From: Octopus bimaculoides
Lineage: Eukaryota
Length of the DNA stretch: 52,377 nucleotides
Assembly (NCBI RefSeq): GCF_001194135.2
Contig: NC_068999.1
Location: 22,717,474-22,769,850, forward strand
Direction: 5' to 3'
Under the pieces are notes generated by a model. It ran no database searches. It was not told the DNA's origin and saw only the letters and a program-made list of their open reading frames with translations. The position numbers were made by a program, and so were the translations under genes. Positions 1 to 12,353 of this stretch are shown here, piece by piece. The number at the start of each line of letters is the position of its first letter. The stretch's first letter is position 1.

Positions 1-213
1 TATATCTTTGTGTGTTTGTGTGTTTGTGTCTGTATTTGTCCCACACCACCGATTGACAACCGGTGTTTGTGAGTTTACGTCCTCGTAACATTAGAATAAG
101 TAGCAGGCTTAAAAGAAAATAAGTACTGGGGTCGTTTCATTCGACGAAAAATTCTTCAAGGCGGTGCCTCAGCATGGCTGCAGTCTAATGACTGAAACAA
201 GTAAAAGAAAAGC
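1..213 (+). mobile_element. 3' half of SINE family A
   Basis: Contains ttgacaaccggtg...agaataagta...gtactggggtcg...aaggcggtgcctcagcatggctgcagtctaatgactgaaacaagtaaaag, the tail shared with the full copies at 19196, 22241, 25901 and 48586. Confidence 0.85.
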
Positions 214-774
214 ATATATAAACATTGTAGCTATATATGAAAAGGGATCCTAAATTGTAATAAAATCTTAATTCATATTATGGTGCATATTCTATTGTAT
301 TCCGTTTCATTTTCTATCTCTGTGCTTCTCCCAACCTTCCCCATATGTTGCAGTAAATCGTAAATAATGATTTAAAACCAAAATGACAGGTAGCTATTTA
401 AAATCAGCTGATGTGTCGGCAGGACGCGACGTATACAAAACATTATCCTATTTTTCTTTTTTGACATATCACTTCACTTTATGTTTATCTTTTTTTTTCT
501 TGTTTCTGTGGAAGCTGGCAGTAAATAGGTAGTTTAGAGAAAAATAAAATAAAAAATTGTTGTCTTCAAACTTTCCCAAACAGCCTGCTTATAAAAGATA
601 GACTTAGAAGCGGCATTATCACTGAATTTCACGCTTGGTGAGACTCCTTCCATTGAAGTTACACGTTCAGCTCGGCAATAGAAACTATTATTAGTTTCAT
701 AGTTCAGCTTCTAACTAATAAAACAATCACAGCAGATGAAGGAGTTTCAGTGTGAAAGACACTGAAATAAAAAG

Positions 775-1129
775 TGTGTGTGTTTGTGTGTGTGTTTGTA
801 TGTGTGTGTGTTTATGTGTGTGTCTGTATGTGTGTGTGTGTGTGTGTGTGTGTATGTATTTATGTATGTATATATACGTCTGCATGTTTGTATGTATTTT
901 ATGTATGTATACGTATGTATATGTATGAGTGTATGTATGTATATATGCGTATACACATGTATGTGCGTGTATATATATATATGTGTGTGTGTGTAAATAT
1001 ATAAGCAGTATATATATTTACATACACACACACACATATATATATATATATAATTTATATATACCGTATATATATACACGCACACACATATATTATATAT
1101 ATGTGTGTGTGTGTATGCGTGTGTGTGTG

Positions 1130-1186
<57 letters not shown>
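775..1186. repeat. Compound (TG)n/(TA)n/(TATG)n microsatellite running into an assembly gap
   Basis: Directly visible; accounts for the CV/HT/YI-repeat ORFs. Confidence 0.95.
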
Positions 1187-2079
1187 NNNNNNNNNNNNNN
1201 NNNNNNNNNNNNNNNNNNNNNNNNNNNNNNNNNNNNNNNNNNNNNNNNNNNNNNNNNNNNNNNNNNNNNNNNNNNNNNNNNNNNNNNNNNNNNNNNNNNN
1301 NNNNNNNNNNNNNNNNNNNNNNNNNNNNNNNNNNNNNNNNNNNNNNNNNNNNNNNNNNNNNNNNNNNNNNNNNNNNNNNNNNNNNNNNNNNNNNNNNNNN
1401 NNNNNNNNNNNNNNNNNNNNNNNNNNNNNNNNNNNNNNNNNNNNNNNNNNNNNNNNNNNNNNNNNNNNNNNNNNNNNNNNNNNNNNNNNNNNNNNNNNNN
1501 NNNNNNNNNNNNNNNNNNNNNNNNNNNNNNNNNNNNNNNNNNNNNNNNNNNNNNNNNNNNNNNNNNNNNNNNNNNNNNNNNNNNNNNNNNNNNNNNNNNN
1601 NNNNNNNNNNNNNNNNNNNNNNNNNNNNNNNNNNNNNNNNNNNNNNNNNNNNNNNNNNNNNNNNNNNNNNNNNNNNNNNNNNNNNNNNNNNNNNNNNNNN
1701 NNNNNNNNNNNNNNNNNNNNNNNNNNNNNNNNNNNNNNNNNNNNNNNNNNNNNNNNNNNNNNNNNNNNNNNNNNNNNNNNNNNNNNNNNNNNNNNNNNNN
1801 NNNNNNNNNNNNNNNNNNNNNNNNNNNNNNNNNNNNNNNNNNNNNNNNNNNNNNNNNNNNNNNNNNNNNNNNNNNNNNNNNNNNNNNNNNNNNNNNNNNN
1901 NNNNNNNNNNNNNNNNNNNNNNNNNNNNNNNNNNNNNNNNNNNNNNNNNNNNNNNNNNNNNNNNNNNNNNNNNNNNNNNNNNNNNNNNNNNNNNNNNNNN
2001 NNNNNNNNNNNNNNNNNNNNNNNNNNNNNNNNNNNNNNNNNNNNNNNNNNNNNATATATATATATATGTATGTATGTAT

Positions 2080-2226
2080 GGGCATATGGCATAGTGGTTA
2101 AGAGCGCAAGGCTACTAACCCCAAGATTCCGAGTTCGATTCCAAGCAGTGACCTGAACAATAACAATAGTAATAAAGGTGGTGCTCCAGCATGGCCACAG
2201 TCAAATGACTGAAACAAGTAAAAGAG
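2080..2226 (+). mobile_element. Short SINE: tRNA-like head joined directly to the family A tail
   Basis: A-box-like tggcatagtggtt, B-box gagttcgattcc (2131-2142), then aaggtggtgctccagcatggccacagtcaaatgactgaaacaagtaaaag. Confidence 0.75.
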
Positions 2227-2289
2227 TATATGTATATATATGTATGAGTGTGTGTTTGTCTGTGTGTCTATGTATGTTTTTTCAATTGT

Positions 2290-2695
2290 ATTTTATTTTA
2301 GTTCTTGGTAGAGTTCAAGCCGGCCGCTAACAAAGCGACAAGGCTTTTTGAGTAAAGAAATTTCCTGATGTTTGCAAGTATGTCGTTGAGTTGGCGTGTT
2401 GGTTGAACTGTCGATGCATACACCCAACTGAGTGCATCTATTCACATAAGAAGCTCAGATGGAGAAGTTTTAGAATGTCTTACAGATCCTCACTCTACCA
2501 CTAATAGATTAGATTTGGAGAATCTACGTCCGTTTCGTTTGCTCTTTCTTCCATGAAACCGAATATTTATAGGTTTTTGTGCAAATTTGTTGGTACACAA
2601 CCTAATGCACTTATGATGATAGGTACAAATGAAAATTTCAGTCAGGGTACAAGAGCTGTAAGTTTGGCATTAATTCACCATAAATGTTCTCTGTG
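2290..2695 (-). mobile_element. R4/Dong-type (RLE) LINE 3' end, degraded
   Basis: Minus strand reads ENIYGELMPNLQLLYPD*/KFSFVPIIISALGCVPTNLHKNL, homologous to ENTYAELLRNLQLLHPDNKFRFIPMIIGALG in the copy at 3138-3515. Confidence 0.8.
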
Positions 2696-2710
2696 CATGT
2701 TGTATGTATG

Positions 2711-2744
<34 letters not shown>

Positions 2745-3094
2745 TGTATGTATGTATGTATGTATGTATGTATGCATGTGTGTGTGTGTGTTTGTGTTTG
2801 CGTGTCTGTGTGTGCATGTATGTACGTATCTATGTGTGTGTGTATGTATGTATATATGTATGTGTATATGTATGTGTGTGTGTGTCTATGTATGTATGTC
2901 ATTATTCAGTTTACTTTAAGATTTTTTGCTAATAGTGAAAGAGCCGGTTTCTAACCTAGATCCTTCATCGGAATTTCAGCATCAACAACAGGTATGTATG
3001 TATGTATGAATGTATGTATGTATGTATGTATGTATGTATGCATGTATGCATGTATGTATGTATGTTTATATGTATGTATGTATGTATGTATGTT

Positions 3095-3815
3095 TTATGG
3101 ATGTATTCTCATGCATATAGTTGCATATCTAGAATGCTCATATATATCTAAATGATAAACTTCTGGAAAGTTTTACAGATTTTACAGTTCCAAAACATAA
3201 TTTCTCAAGATTGGTATTTAAGCAGAGTGTTACATATCCCAGAGCTCCAATGATCATAGGTATAAACCTGAACTTGTTATCCGGATGGAGTAACTGCAGA
3301 TTTCTCAATAGCTCAGCATAGGTGTTCTCTTTTTCACTGATCTTTAGCTTTATGCTGACATCTGCTGGGCAGCTAATTCCCACAGCTGTACACAGCTTCT
3401 CTTCTCTATCCCAAATCATTATATCAAGTTTGTTATGATTACATTTTATTGAGGTCTTCACTGGTATATTCCACCAGTATTCCTTTTTAGTATGAGTGGC
3501 TCCGACGTCTACCATATTGTGGGTTCTTATTTCTTTGTCTTCAAGATTATCCTTCCGACGGATTTCATTATAGCTACAACATCATGTCTCATCGGTAGAT
3601 GATATCCTGAGGACATTTTCGGACAACTGCTTATGATGTGGGTGATATCTTCAGTGTGAACTGCACAAGGTTTGCATCGTTTATCACATTTTACGGTTTT
3701 TCCTGCATCTCTGTCCCTTTTGTGCATCAGGTATTTGGTTGATATTTCCCGTTCCTGGATAGCAAATGCATACCCTTCAAAGTAGGAGGGAGACAAAATA
3801 TACAATGGTCTGCCG
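3095..3815 (-). mobile_element. R4/Dong-type LINE C-terminal region (CCHC finger plus RLE), frameshifted
   Basis: ORFs 3527-3805 (RCKPC...EDITHIISSCPKM...RHDVV) and 3138-3515 (WWNIPV...KLDIMIWDREEK...ISCP...KENTY...PMIIGALG) match the zinc finger and PD-(D/E)xK layout of R2-superfamily elements; the PD motif is mutated to LD. Confidence 0.88.
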
Positions 3816-4529
3816 CCATTCTTAGTGGTTCAGGTCTCGACTTGTGTTCTTTTCACCTAGCTTATATTTTAAAATATTGATAACAAAGCTCTCTGTATAT
3901 CTTACTTAACGTAGATATACAGTAAAAATCTACAAAATTGCGATGATCCTGTTGAAACAGTATCTCATACTGGAGAATATGAGTAGCCGGTGAAAAGTGT
4001 TCAGTACCGCCGGTAAAATTGCTAAATCCAGATTTCTGCTTCCTAACAAATATTCACGAACGATTCCACCTTCGCTACCGGACGTTTTCTTGTCTGGTAC
4101 TTATGCACTTCTGTGCTTTTTAGCACTATACGTTCTATACGAGATGCTGTCTGGAGATGAATACCGCAGATTTCTGGCTTTCTACTATATATTCATGTTA
4201 AATATGATATACAGTATGCTATTTTGAACTATTACTGCTTCTGTCATTAATAACGAATTGTTTATAAATTTTCCGGTAACGCTTGTGCTATTAGGATGCT
4301 AGAGTTGTGTGCGGCAGCGCATCCTACCTATTCTAAAGTGTTTCCAGAGAGTTACGACTATGTTGGATTTATAACGAGCTGCTGAGCTCTCATCAAGTTT
4401 ACTGCCTGTGAATGCTTTTGGAGAAAATAATTTATCTGCAGACTGTATCCTTCATTCAGACATATATGTATGTATATACGTTTGTATATCTGCAGGTGTA
4501 GGTGTGTTTGACAGACAGGAGGGTGTATT

Positions 4530-4592
<63 letters not shown>

Positions 4593-4643
4593 CCCTATAC
4601 ATACNNNNNNNNNNNNNNNNNNNNNNNNNNNNNNNNNNNNNNN

Positions 4644-4698
<55 letters not shown>

Positions 4699-4995
4699 CC
4701 CTATACATACATAACTCATATGTATATTCAAGTTTTGCGGCGAATGTGAATGTGTTTACGGTTTATGTTTTTGCGTAAGTGTTTTTATTTGTATAAACGC
4801 CTATATATCTACGCGAGGATAATGTTGAGTACGTATTTATACGTATGTGTGTGTGTATATTTGTGCATATATATGCATATGCATGGTTTTGTATATCCGC
4901 GTATGTATATGTGCGTATAGGGATGTGTACATGAACACAATGACGTGTGCATGGACACATATACATGTGTATGTGCGTGTATGCGTGTATGCATG

Positions 4996-5028
<33 letters not shown>

Positions 5029-5066
5029 ATGTACATATGTGTGTGCATGTATATATATATATATAT

Positions 5067-5190
5067 GGTCTTCGAAACGTCTAGATAGAATAGAGACAGC
5101 TGATGAAGGGATATTCCAAGGGGCTTTCCGTTTTCCTATGTGTTCGTTCCGTTGTCTGTAGTTTATTGTTCTAACGTCCTGTACCCTGAT
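5067..5190. mobile_element. Probable Penelope-like terminal fragment
   Basis: Carries GAAACGTC (5074-5081) and CTGATGA (5100-5106). The 13-mer acgtcctgtaccc (5174-5186) recurs inverted at 23638-23650 next to another such end. Confidence 0.4.
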
Positions 5191-7395
5191 ATGCATGTAT
5201 ANNNNNNNNNNNNNNNNNNNNNNNNNNNNNNNNNNNNNNNNNNNNNNNNNNNNNNNNNNNNNNNNNNNNNNNNNNNNNNNNNNNNNNNNNNNNNNNNNNN
5301 NNNNNNNNNNNNNNNNNNNNNNNNNNNNNNNNNNNNNNNNNNNNNNNNNNNNNNNNNNNNNNNNNNNNNNNNNNNNNNNNNNNNNNNNNNNNNNNNNNNN
5401 NNNNNNNNNNNNNNNNNNNNNNNNNNNNNNNNNNNNNNNNNNNNNNNNNNNNNNNNNNNNNNNNNNNNNNNNNNNNNNNNNNNNNNNNNNNNNNNNNNNN
5501 NNNNNNNNNNNNNNNNNNNNNNNNNNNNNNNNNNNNNNNNNNNNNNNNNNNNNNNNNNNNNNNNNNNNNNNNNNNNNNNNNNNNNNNNNNNNNNNNNNNN
5601 NNNNNNNNNNNNNNNNNNNNNNNNNNNNNNNNNNNNNNNNNNNNNNNNNNNNNNNNNNNNNNNNNNNNNNNNNNNNNNNNNNNNNNNNNNNNNNNNNNNN
5701 NNNNNNNNNNNNNNNNNNNNNNNNNNNNNNTATATAAATAAATATATATAGTCTTTGAGTTTAAATGAAGGTTGTGAAATGCATGCCTTTCCAAAAAATA
5801 TTAATAACACTGAAATGTACACGCTTGAATAAGAATGAAGAGACAGATTCAAAAGAAATATGCACATTTGTATCAAAGTGCAACTAGGAAGGTATACTGA
5901 GATGGTAAACGCGAGTTCGTGTCCATCATTCTTTTCTCAAAGAATTCATTAATTAAGTGAAGCAACAGAATTGGAAATGGTGACTGGAACGAAAATTTGC
6001 TAAACTACTCTCATTAATGACTAATATATAAAACATTGGTATACAGCTCTGATAAAGAACTATCATACAGCTCATGTAGAAATGACAAAATGAAGAGAAA
6101 GATAACGAAATTATTTGATAGATAGATTGATAAACAGATAGATTCGAAAGCAGAGTGGTAGCTTTGTAGGTTAGTGGGTAGATGGGTAAATAGGGAGGTA
6201 GATAGCTAGATGAGTAACTATATAATAAAATGGGTAGGTGGGTAGATAGGGTGGGTATTAGACAGTTTATCACAGCTGTCGACCTGCGAATTTTCGAGTA
6301 AACACCCCTTTCTTCTTTTTATTTGTCCGTTGCTCTCTGTCGGTTTCCGTCGGTTGAGACCGGTTCTAGAGATCAGCTAGGCTAAGATAATAGAATGATT
6401 ATTGTAATATAAGCTAACTAGTGTTGCCCAAACCATCCCACATTTAACCTTGAATCTATCCTCCGACGATCATAATAACCTCAAGGGTAATCAGGCAGTT
6501 CCGACCTCATCTAATTGCTGTCATTGAAGCGGGAGAGAAGGAGGGGTGTTTTTATTATTATTATTATTATTTTATTTTAGTTTGTGAAAATCCATAAAAG
6601 CACCTACAGCTTGCTTCGCTGGCACTGTATTTGATTGCTAAGTAAGAATAAAAATGATAAAATAGTATAAAATTTCTGTGTCTCTGACATGCAAGTTTAC
6701 TAAAACATGAATAGTAGTTTTAGTGAAAAAGTTGACAAAAGAAAGCCCCCGAAAGAAAATTTATGAGATGAAGAAGTGTGTAAAAAAAAGCCTCAGCAAA
6801 CTGGAATAAAAATAAAAATATAAAAGCTTCTCCGGTAAAAGTTTAATAAAGTCAGTCAATTGGACATTTCTAATAAGGAGTATCAATCGATGAGTGATCG
6901 GCTCCTTTAATTTTAAAGGTATTAACCTCTTAAAGGAAATGAAAGGAATTTGGGATCAAATACAGATCTTTGTTTCGATCCTCTGAGAATTGAATTTCTC
7001 TTCTTATAATTTCCGCTCCAAATATACACATGGGTGCATATGCGTGTGTGTTTGGTCGGCTGAATTGACTGGCAATCTTGTTTTTCGCCCTTCTGTTTAT
7101 ATTGAGCAATAAAGCGTAACGTACATTAGAAGAATGGACGTAAATGAAGAAAATATAATGACAGAAACATTTTATAAGTTAAGCCAAAAAATCTGTATTT
7201 TGCGACGTAACATACAGCGCACGCGTAAACACACGCACACACAAGAATGAGAAATGTGTTGAATCGTAGCTCTGATTGTCTAAACGGGTAAACGAGATGA
7301 ATTTTGATATTTTAATAAAATAGATTACATTGTTTTGTGTATTGAGTACTTTCTTCCGTTTGTAAATGCAAATGCACACCATTCTATTCCATATA

Positions 7396-7442
<47 letters not shown>

Positions 7443-7573
7443 ACAGATGAACACGTAAGACCCTCAATCTTTAATACAAAGATTACCCACATCTAAACAA
7501 TTACAATGGTTAAAACGTATGAAGGAACAATTGATACAGCTAGTGTTTATACATACATACATACATACATACA

Positions 7574-7606
<33 letters not shown>

Positions 7607-7629
7607 TATATATTGAAAGAAAGGAAATG

Positions 7630-8384
7630 GAGATTCGATATTTGAGTCCCATCTGAATTCAATGACGCTAACCTCGCCCAATGGTTTTCCATCAGCGATT
7701 CGTTGCAGAAACATGAAGAAAACGATCCTTTTTTTGAAGAGAATGGTGACAATGGACGAAAAATAGATCAGCTGTAACAATGTGAAGCGCAAATGATTAT
7801 AAGGGAAGCGTGGCGAACCACCGCAAACAACCTCCATAGCAGAACTTCACCGGAAGAAGATTATGCTTTCAATTTGGTGTGATTGGAAGGATGTCTTTTA
7901 AGACCATCAATTCGGATGTGAACAGTGGCCAGCTGGACAAATTAAATGCAACGACCCACCAGAAGCTTCCAGCACTTACTGGTTGTAAGGGCGTTGTCTT
8001 TCATCACGAGACGACCAGACTGCATACTGCTTTGCAGACGCAGTAGGGTTTACTTGGGCTTGACTGGGAAGTTTTGCCGCACTCTCCATATTCGCCCCCA
8101 CCTTACGCCTTCAGATTTCCACCTGTTTTGGTCTCTTCAAAATTCATTGAATGGATAAACCTTCAACTCTGAAGAGGATGTGAAAATTCACTTGGAAGAG
8201 ATTTTCGCCAGTAAAGACAGGAAATTCTTTATGCAGGGAATAATGAATGTGCCCATAAGATGGCAGGACATACTGAGACATAACAGTAACTATATCATTG
8301 ATGGAATAATTCGCTTTGCGTTTAAGACTTATGTCTTATTTTCACATTTATGGGACCGAGCAGACTTATTTTGCCAACCCAATA
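7630..8384 (+). mobile_element. Mariner transposon, 3' two-thirds, pseudogenised
   Basis: Reads FLKRMVTMDEK*...KKIMLSIWCDWK...VVFHHE...WEVLPHSPYSPHLTPSDFHLFWSLQNSLNG...FFMQGIMNVPIRWQ; ends in the TIR-like ttattttgccaacccaata. Confidence 0.93.
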
Positions 8385-9460
8385 CATATACAAGTGTAAT
8401 TCCGTTATAACGAAATTGCTGGGACCTAATGATAAATTCGTTATGAGATCGCAAAAGCAAATCGTATAGACACTCAATTGTTTGTATCTTAGCTATAAAA
8501 AAATACGTAAATATCAACGGTCTGGTCAGCAGTGAATCAGAATTTATTTATTAGATGTTAGAACGAAAGCGTTCCAGCCGTTACCTTTTTTTATAGAAAT
8601 CCGAGGCCTTTTTCAAAATTTGAAACCGTATCAAACCTTAACTATCCCTTTTCCCCTACTTTTTTGTACTTAGCCATTTTCCAAACATCACCGTCTCGTC
8701 TTTTGTGGGAATTCGGATATTTTTCACAACGAAAGCGTTCCAAACTTAAACACTTCTTTTTTCAAATTCAAATTTCATCTGAAATAGAGGCAATACCAAA
8801 TGAAGTTAATGAATAGAATACGAATCCAAATTAAAAATAAATAAATATTGCTTTGTCAGATAAATTTGTTTTTCTGTTTCTTCTTTCTCCCATTTGTTTT
8901 CAACCTTTCTCCTATTATTTGAATTAACAAGAAAAACATTTCCATCATAGTGTTTTATGATATTTTGTAGCTCTGTTCTTCCTTCAACACTTTTGTTTAT
9001 CGTTTTTGAAATTTGAATTAACTTTTCCTCTTTTCAGACTCATGATGATGAATTGCCAAGTAGAAGAAGAAAACAAAAAAAAAAAACAAAAAAAACAGCG
9101 AATTTATAGAACAATGCAATATATGAAGAATCACCTGTCTCGCCACAAGCTGTCTTAGTTGATCAGATACTGTCCATCCAGCGGACATTAGCCGAGTACT
9201 TGGTAGTTCTTAGCAGTGGTTCTGATATTTTTTATTATTATCAAGAACGGATATAATGAAGCATTTCTTTGTTACAAGCTCCACTGTTTATTTTGAATCA
9301 TACCATTGTATGCCTTCTTACGCTTGGAGACAGAAGTATCTATTGTGATTGTTCATAAATTGCATCTATTATTCTGATGAAAATCTAGGCGGTGAGCGGG
9401 CAGTATTCTCCAGAGTGTCGGAAGAAAAAAAAACTTTGCGATGTGTTTCTCTGTGAAGAC

Positions 9461-9590
9461 GCGTGGCCTAGTGGTTAGGGTGTTGCTCACAAGATCGTGG
9501 ATTCAATTCACGGACCGAGCAGTGTGTTGTATTCATGAACAGAACATTTCATTTCATGTTACTCCAGTCCACTCTGCTATAAATAAGAAA
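9461..9590 (+). mobile_element. SINE family D head fragment
   Basis: gcgtggcctagtggttagggtgttgc...ttcatttcatgttactcc, similar to the copies at 23101 and 32210. Confidence 0.65.
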
Positions 9591-9744
9591 CTCTGCGGCG
9601 GACTGGGTTTCATTCGAGGGGAATGTGATTTCGGTCACTTATACGCCATAAAAAAAACAGACAACTGTCCCTATGAGTCCTAGGAATCAATACAGTAACG
9701 TCCAGGATGATGATAATGATGATGATGATGATGATGATGATGAA

Positions 9745-9915
9745 ACGAGGGGGTGCTGAAAAGTTCCTCCCTTTAAGGGCATCGCGAAAGGCCCGGCTGG
9801 AGGCCCAAACTTCCGAGTTATTTTACAAGGCTTAGAAAACTTGAAGGACTGCCGTAATAAATGTGAGAATCTGAGAGGGGAATAGTTTGAATAAAATCAT
9901 GATTAAGTGGTCCTC
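9745..9915 (+). mobile_element. Non-autonomous mariner-derived fragment
   Basis: Starts with the mariner-type TIR acgagggggtgctgaaaagttcct. The internal part resembles a transposase C-terminus/3' region (aggcttagaaaacttgaaggactgccgtaataaatgtgagaatctgagaggggaatagtttgaataa). Confidence 0.6.
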
Positions 9916-10723
9916 CTGTATTTTATTTTACCCGAAACATTGTGTTACAACAAACAAGACGAGGACAAATATCCGTCAAATGTACATAATGTACATAATT
10001 CCTCATCTCTTAAATATAGAACTGTATTAACAGCATTGGTGGCATCAAATTTCTGAAAGCGAATCCCATGGATGAGTGGCATAGGAAAGTAGATTGCCTA
10101 TAGCAGCTTAGTCGAATCATTTGGACATCCGTTGTTAATGTACGTTTTATTTTGAGGCTTTCTTTTATTTACTGTTTCATTTGTGGAAGAGAGTCAAAAA
10201 TACTGATTTTTACTACCGATATCTTATTGTTATATGGGTATTCGTTTTCACCCTGTAAGTATATGTATTCCTTTGTATCTTTAGTATATGCTTGCATAAA
10301 GTATCTATTATTTTTACTCTAAATGTTTATATCAAGAAATGGAATAGTATTAATATTGTTTGAATGTTGAATTTTAGAACTGAGTTGTTCTCTAGGTCCA
10401 CCTGTATTTTCTCTACGCCTTCCAATGTACTCATTATAAATAGCATACCATCTACTTATATAGTATATGTTTATATATAGGTATTTTTCTTATTGCATAC
10501 AAGCTTGCATAAATACATACATACATACATACATACATACATGCATACATACATGCATATATACACACATACACACACATATTTATATAAGCAGTTCTCA
10601 CTTGATTATCACAGTGGCATGAAACTCGAGTCGCAAGACAAACTTCCAGTTTCAATAAAAGTGATATCCTCTACTACATGTATTGAACACGTCTCTCTCA
10701 TTCGTTCGACATACATTAGTATG

Positions 10724-10838
<115 letters not shown>

Positions 10839-10965
10839 TCCGAATGTATAGTATAGTATAGTACAATATAGTATAGTATAACTCCGCTAATCCAGTTCCG
10901 TTTGGATCTTAGTAGCTACAGGATTATCATATATGCTGCATTTTTAAAACTAATTTTATTTTTAG

Positions 10966-11845
10966 ACTAGCAGAAATTCCCGGGTGAGAACGTTGTCCTA
11001 GTAGAAGCAGGGCCTTGATTTCATCCCACAGAGGGTTGCAAGTGAAAGTCACGAAAAGATCAGGCCGTCCATATGTCATTGCATCCTGCGTTCTCTCGTG
11101 CATATACCGAGGGCTTCCTGTGAATGTAGATGGCAGAATGACCAACTGTCCCATGTTGCTGACATCACAATCTGCTACAATGGCATCGTACAGGTGGACA
11201 TATGACGCCGCATGTAGCTTTTCCTGATGTTGGCGAATGAAAAGAAGGCGCTCGCTGTCAACCTTTGCATACACATCAATCAGGAATTGATGGAAGAGGT
11301 CACGGTACTGCAGAAGATGGCTTGGATTAGCAGGGCGGATCATCAGCGTGCAGGCGTAGTAGTCATTGGCTGAAACCTTCCTGTTAGCAGGCTGTTTTGT
11401 GGTAGGATCTACTTGTGAAATGTTAAAATGATATCCGTCTTGCCCTTGCCAGCAGATTAGTGGGTATTGCAGAGCATCAGCAGCAGCAATGAGGCATAAC
11501 TTTCCACTGCATGAACGGCATCCAACTGTTATCCATCTAACTGTACATCTAGATAATGACCAGCGAGTATACTTTAATCCAAACAATCCAAAACGTCTCG
11601 AGCGGCAACTTGAAGCTCCAGGTTCAACTACATTGGCTGCTTTCTTTGAGCTTTGTTGCACAGAGCCATTTGCTTCGACTCTTTTGTACCAAGAAGTCCC
11701 TCAATATTACACATGGCAACAGAGAACTAAACAATGAAAGAGATGTACCATTGGTCAGACTGTTGAAGGACATCCAGGAATCAAGAGAGATTCAACATTG
11801 GAAAGGGTCTACACGGTGCATCCCAACAACTTTGAATGTTAGTCA
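10966..11845. mobile_element. Rearranged Helitron (Rep N-terminal region on minus, post-Rep region on plus)
   Basis: Minus: DALQYPL...GQDGYH...LFHQFLIDVYAKVDSERLLFIR...ILPSTFTGSPRYMHERTQDAMTYGRPDLFVTFTCNP. Plus: FPLHERHPTVIHLTVHLDNDQRVYF...TTLAAFFELC...LLYQEVPQYYTW...RVYTVHPNN. A Helitron 3' end (cccgggaatttctgCTAG) lies on minus at 10967-10984. Confidence 0.93.
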
Positions 11846-12069
11846 CAACTACAATGTAATGGTAGTTATCAATATACAAGTATAATTACTCATACTGGAT
11901 TTTAAATAGAAATATCCAGTGTTAATAAGTCGAGTTGTGCCATAAATAATTACATCGGATTTAAATGTGAAATATCAAGTGTTGGTAAGGCGACTTGTTC
12001 CAAAAATATCCGAAATATGTAGTGGAAAATCAATGTACAATAAACAGTACCTCATTCAATTAATTGAGA

Positions 12070-12318
12070 AAATGGCGTCTTTCTCCGTATGAATTTCTTT
12101 TCTCACATACACACTCACACAACTATATATCTTATGTATATGAAACAGATCTGTTGACAATTGATAAATTGAATGAAAGAAAACAGACCTGTCGAAAATT
12201 GAAATTTTATCCGGAAATGAACCTTTACCTACGGATACACAAATGGAAAGGTAGAGAAGATTATGGTATAGAGTGATTCAACTGTTTGGCCGCCCATAGA
12301 GGACACACAGATATATGT

Positions 12319-12353
<35 letters not shown>

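Noticed and set aside
747-2156. Long CV/HT/YI-repeat and X-filled ORFs here and around all other gaps
   Set aside because: These are translations of microsatellites and N-runs, not proteins.
3997-4227. 76-aa hydrophobic ORF
   Set aside because: GTG start, no recognisable family and no splice context.
4528-4710. Direct repeat (AT)n-gcacccctatacatac on both sides of the 4605-4643 gap
   Set aside because: Most likely overlapping contig ends, i.e. an assembly artefact.
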